Below are positions 62,161-64,000 of a DNA stretch of 64,000 nt, piece by piece; position 1 is the stretch's first letter, and the number at the start of each line of letters is the position of its first letter. Made by a program: the position numbers and the translations under genes. Source of the DNA: an uncultured Gemmatimonadales bacterium (GTDB taxonomy: Bacteria; Gemmatimonadota; Gemmatimonadetes; Palauibacterales; Palauibacteraceae). The notes under the pieces are model-generated. The model did no database searches and was not told the origin of the DNA. It saw nothing but the letters and a program-made list of their open reading frames with translations. The stretch is from positions 416,001 through 480,000 of the forward strand of contig CAWANJ010000001.1 of assembly GCA_963783385.1 (NCBI GenBank), read 5' to 3'.

Positions 62161-64000
62161 ATGGTGAGTATCCTCCAACGCCGCACCTTGTATCGGTCCG
62201 GGTCCATTCGCGACCCGGGCGCGGTCGGGCTTTCGCGCCTGCGAAACCCGAGTCGTCCCTTTGCGCGTGTCGTGCTCGCCACGCTCGCGGCGGGCTGCGT
62301 TCTGGCGCTCGCGGGGTGCGGTGGCGACGGCGCGACGGACGTGACGCCCTCTCCGGCCCGTCTGGAACGGGTGTCGATCAAGGCCGACTCCGTCACGGTC
62401 GGGACGACGCTGGATCCACCGCTCGGCGTGCGGGTGGTCAGCTCCCTGGGCGATGCGGTCGAGGGCGTACCGGTCCGCTTCGCACTCATGTCGGGCCCCG
62501 GTCAGGTCCCCACCGGCCTCGCCGTCTCCGACGCGCACGGCGTGGCCGAGGGGACGTTCGATGCGAGCTCCGACCTGGGTGAGAGCGTCGTCCGGGTCGA
62601 CATACCGAGCGCCTCGCAGGTCGCTCCACTGGAGTTCAAGGTCCTCACCGTGCCTGCCGGGCAGGTGCACGTGTCGGCTGCCGCCGGCGACGCCCAGAGC
62701 GCGGAGGTCGGGACGCAGCTCGCCCTGCCCTTCACGCTGGCCGCCGCCACGCCCTCGGGCTCGCCGGCCGGAGGCGTGCGGATCGTATGGGAGATCCACC
62801 AGGGTCCTGGCGGCGGTCGGCTCACGTCGGACACCACCTTCACGGGCACCGACGGCCACACGCAGAACCTCCTGACGCTGGGTGGGACCGCGGGCGACTA
62901 CTCCGTGCAGGCCTACGCCACGGGCGGGGTGAAGACGGACACGGCGACCTTCGCGGCCCGGGCGGTGACCTCGCTGCAGAGCGCCGCCCGCGTCGACTCG
63001 GTGCGCCCGGCGCCGCTTCGACCCGGCCAGGACGCCACCCTTTACGGGAGCGGCTTCGGGACGGTCACGTCGGCGGTGGACGTCCGGGTCGAGGGTGCGT
63101 CGGCGCAGGTGCTGGCGGTCGAGCCGGGCCGAGTGCGCTTCCAGGTCCCCACCTTCACCGACCGCTGTCTGCCTTCGCGCCACGTCGGCGTCCGCGCCCT
63201 CGTCTCGGGCCAGCCGACCAACGGCGAGCTCGTGCTCCTCACACCCTCGGGGACGCAGCTCGACCTGGCCCCGGGACAGTCCACGACGCTGTCCGGGCAG
63301 GGGGCACTGGACTGCCTGCAGCTTCCCGCCTCGGACAGCGCCTCGAGCTACCTGGTCCTGGCGGGGAACGCCGACCAGTCGGCCGAAGGCATGACGCCGC
63401 TTCGGCTGATCCTCAGGACGCCGCCGACCTCGGGGGACACGGTGACCGCGGCCGGCGACGTCCGGGTGCGCAGTGCGGTGTCCCGAGAGCCTACCGGCCG
63501 CTCCGATCCCTACGGACCGGCCATCCGGATCCGTGAATCGGCCCTGGGCGAGCTGGCCCGACGCCGCATCTCCGGCAGCGGATTGTCGTTGCGCAGGAGC
63601 GAGGAGCCCCGCTTCGCCGTCGCTCCGGCCCCGGGCGACACCCTGAGCCTGTCCTTCGCGGTCAGCCCGGACCTGACGGTCTCCTGCGACGCGACCGCCG
63701 ACCCCGTGCACGCCGTGGTCCGCTCGGTGAAGCCGCACGTCATCGTGGCCCAGGACACGGCGGCGCCCCGCGGAGGCTTCGACCAGGCCACCATTGACCA
63801 GCTCGCGTCGGAGTTCGAGGACGTCGACTACCCGACGGACGTGGAGTACTTCGGTCAGCCGGCTGATCTGGACGGTAACGGCCGGATCATCATCCTGCTC
63901 ACGCCCCGGGTGAACGGGCTCACGCCCCGTGGCTCGAGCGTGGTCGAGGGCGGCTTCTTCCTCCCGCTCGACCTGGTGGACAAGGGAGATGCGCAGGGCG
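62161..64000 (+). CDS. Large lipoprotein with Ig-like and IPT/TIG domains and the start of an M30-like metallopeptidase region (3' end outside window)
   Basis: Not in the ORF track because it has no stop in the window. Manual frame-1 translation: lipobox VLALAGC; Big-like GDAQSAEVGTQL.LPF; TIG-like P.PLRPGQDATLYGSGF; FGQPADLDGNGRIIILLTPRVN...GGFF. Start codon uncertain. Confidence 0.75.
   Translation, partial: MVSILQRRTLYRSGSIRDPGAVGLSRLRNPSRPFARVVLATLAAGCVLALAGCGGDGATDVTPSPARLERVSIKADSVTVGTTLDPPLGVRVVSSLGDAVEGVPVRFALMSGPGQVPTGLAVSDAHGVAEGTFDASSDLGESVVRVDIPSASQVAPLEFKVLTVPAGQVHVSAAAGDAQSAEVGTQLALPFTLAAATPSGSPAGGVRIVWEIHQGPGGGRLTSDTTFTGTDGHTQNLLTLGGTAGDYSVQAYATGGVKTDTATFAARAVTSLQSAARVDSVRPAPLRPGQDATLYGSGFGTVTSAVDVRVEGASAQVLAVEPGRVRFQVPTFTDRCLPSRHVGVRALVSGQPTNGELVLLTPSGTQLDLAPGQSTTLSGQGALDCLQLPASDSASSYLVLAGNADQSAEGMTPLRLILRTPPTSGDTVTAAGDVRVRSAVSREPTGRSDPYGPAIRIRESALGELARRRISGSGLSLRRSEEPRFAVAPAPGDTLSLSFAVSPDLTVSCDATADPVHAVVRSVKPHVIVAQDTAAPRGGFDQATIDQLASEFEDVDYPTDVEYFGQPADLDGNGRIIILLTPRVNGLTPRGSSVVEGGFFLPLDLVDKGDAQG

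Noticed and set aside
61598-63738. ORFs overlapping rnpB or antisense to the terminal lipoprotein (e.g. 61598-62137, 61921-63738)
   Set aside because: Explained by the RNase P RNA and the frame-1 lipoprotein; the translations are Arg/Gly/Pro-rich noise.

Overview
A very GC-rich bacterial chromosomal window of mostly housekeeping genes. Gene content and order suggest Gemmatimonadota; this is inference and not a database result. From about 17.4 to 61.9 kb all credible genes lie on the minus strand, many coupled by NTGA stop/start overlaps. In transcription order they are: rnpB, an M16 peptidase pair, NUDIX, ECF sigma/anti-sigma, holA, SPOR, mutS, TonB-C lipoprotein, CBS, ddl, rhomboid, EF-G paralog, yebC-ruvCAB-queA-tgt-yajC-def-fmt, thiE/tenI-thiS-thiG, rsmB, PASTA, YbbR, tsaD, lgt, phosphoesterase, tamA-tamB, htpX, DAG kinase, uvrA and vgb. 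The left part has pilT (partial), trpS, suhB, a tesA-ybbA-ybbP-like locus, an unusual psp-like operon, a beta-propeller lipoprotein, an internally deleted MscS and an alpha/beta hydrolase. The window ends inside a large Ig-domain lipoprotein. I saw no mobile elements, CRISPR, tRNA or rRNA. Four genes carry single-base frameshifts, most likely sequencing errors. The most interesting signal is a candidate envelope-stress system: a PspB-like/CesT-like/PspA/AI-2E/DUF1611 operon behind a SigW-type promoter, plus an ECF sigma gene behind a sigma54-type promoter, with ECF-type motifs upstream of its anti-sigma gene and yajC.
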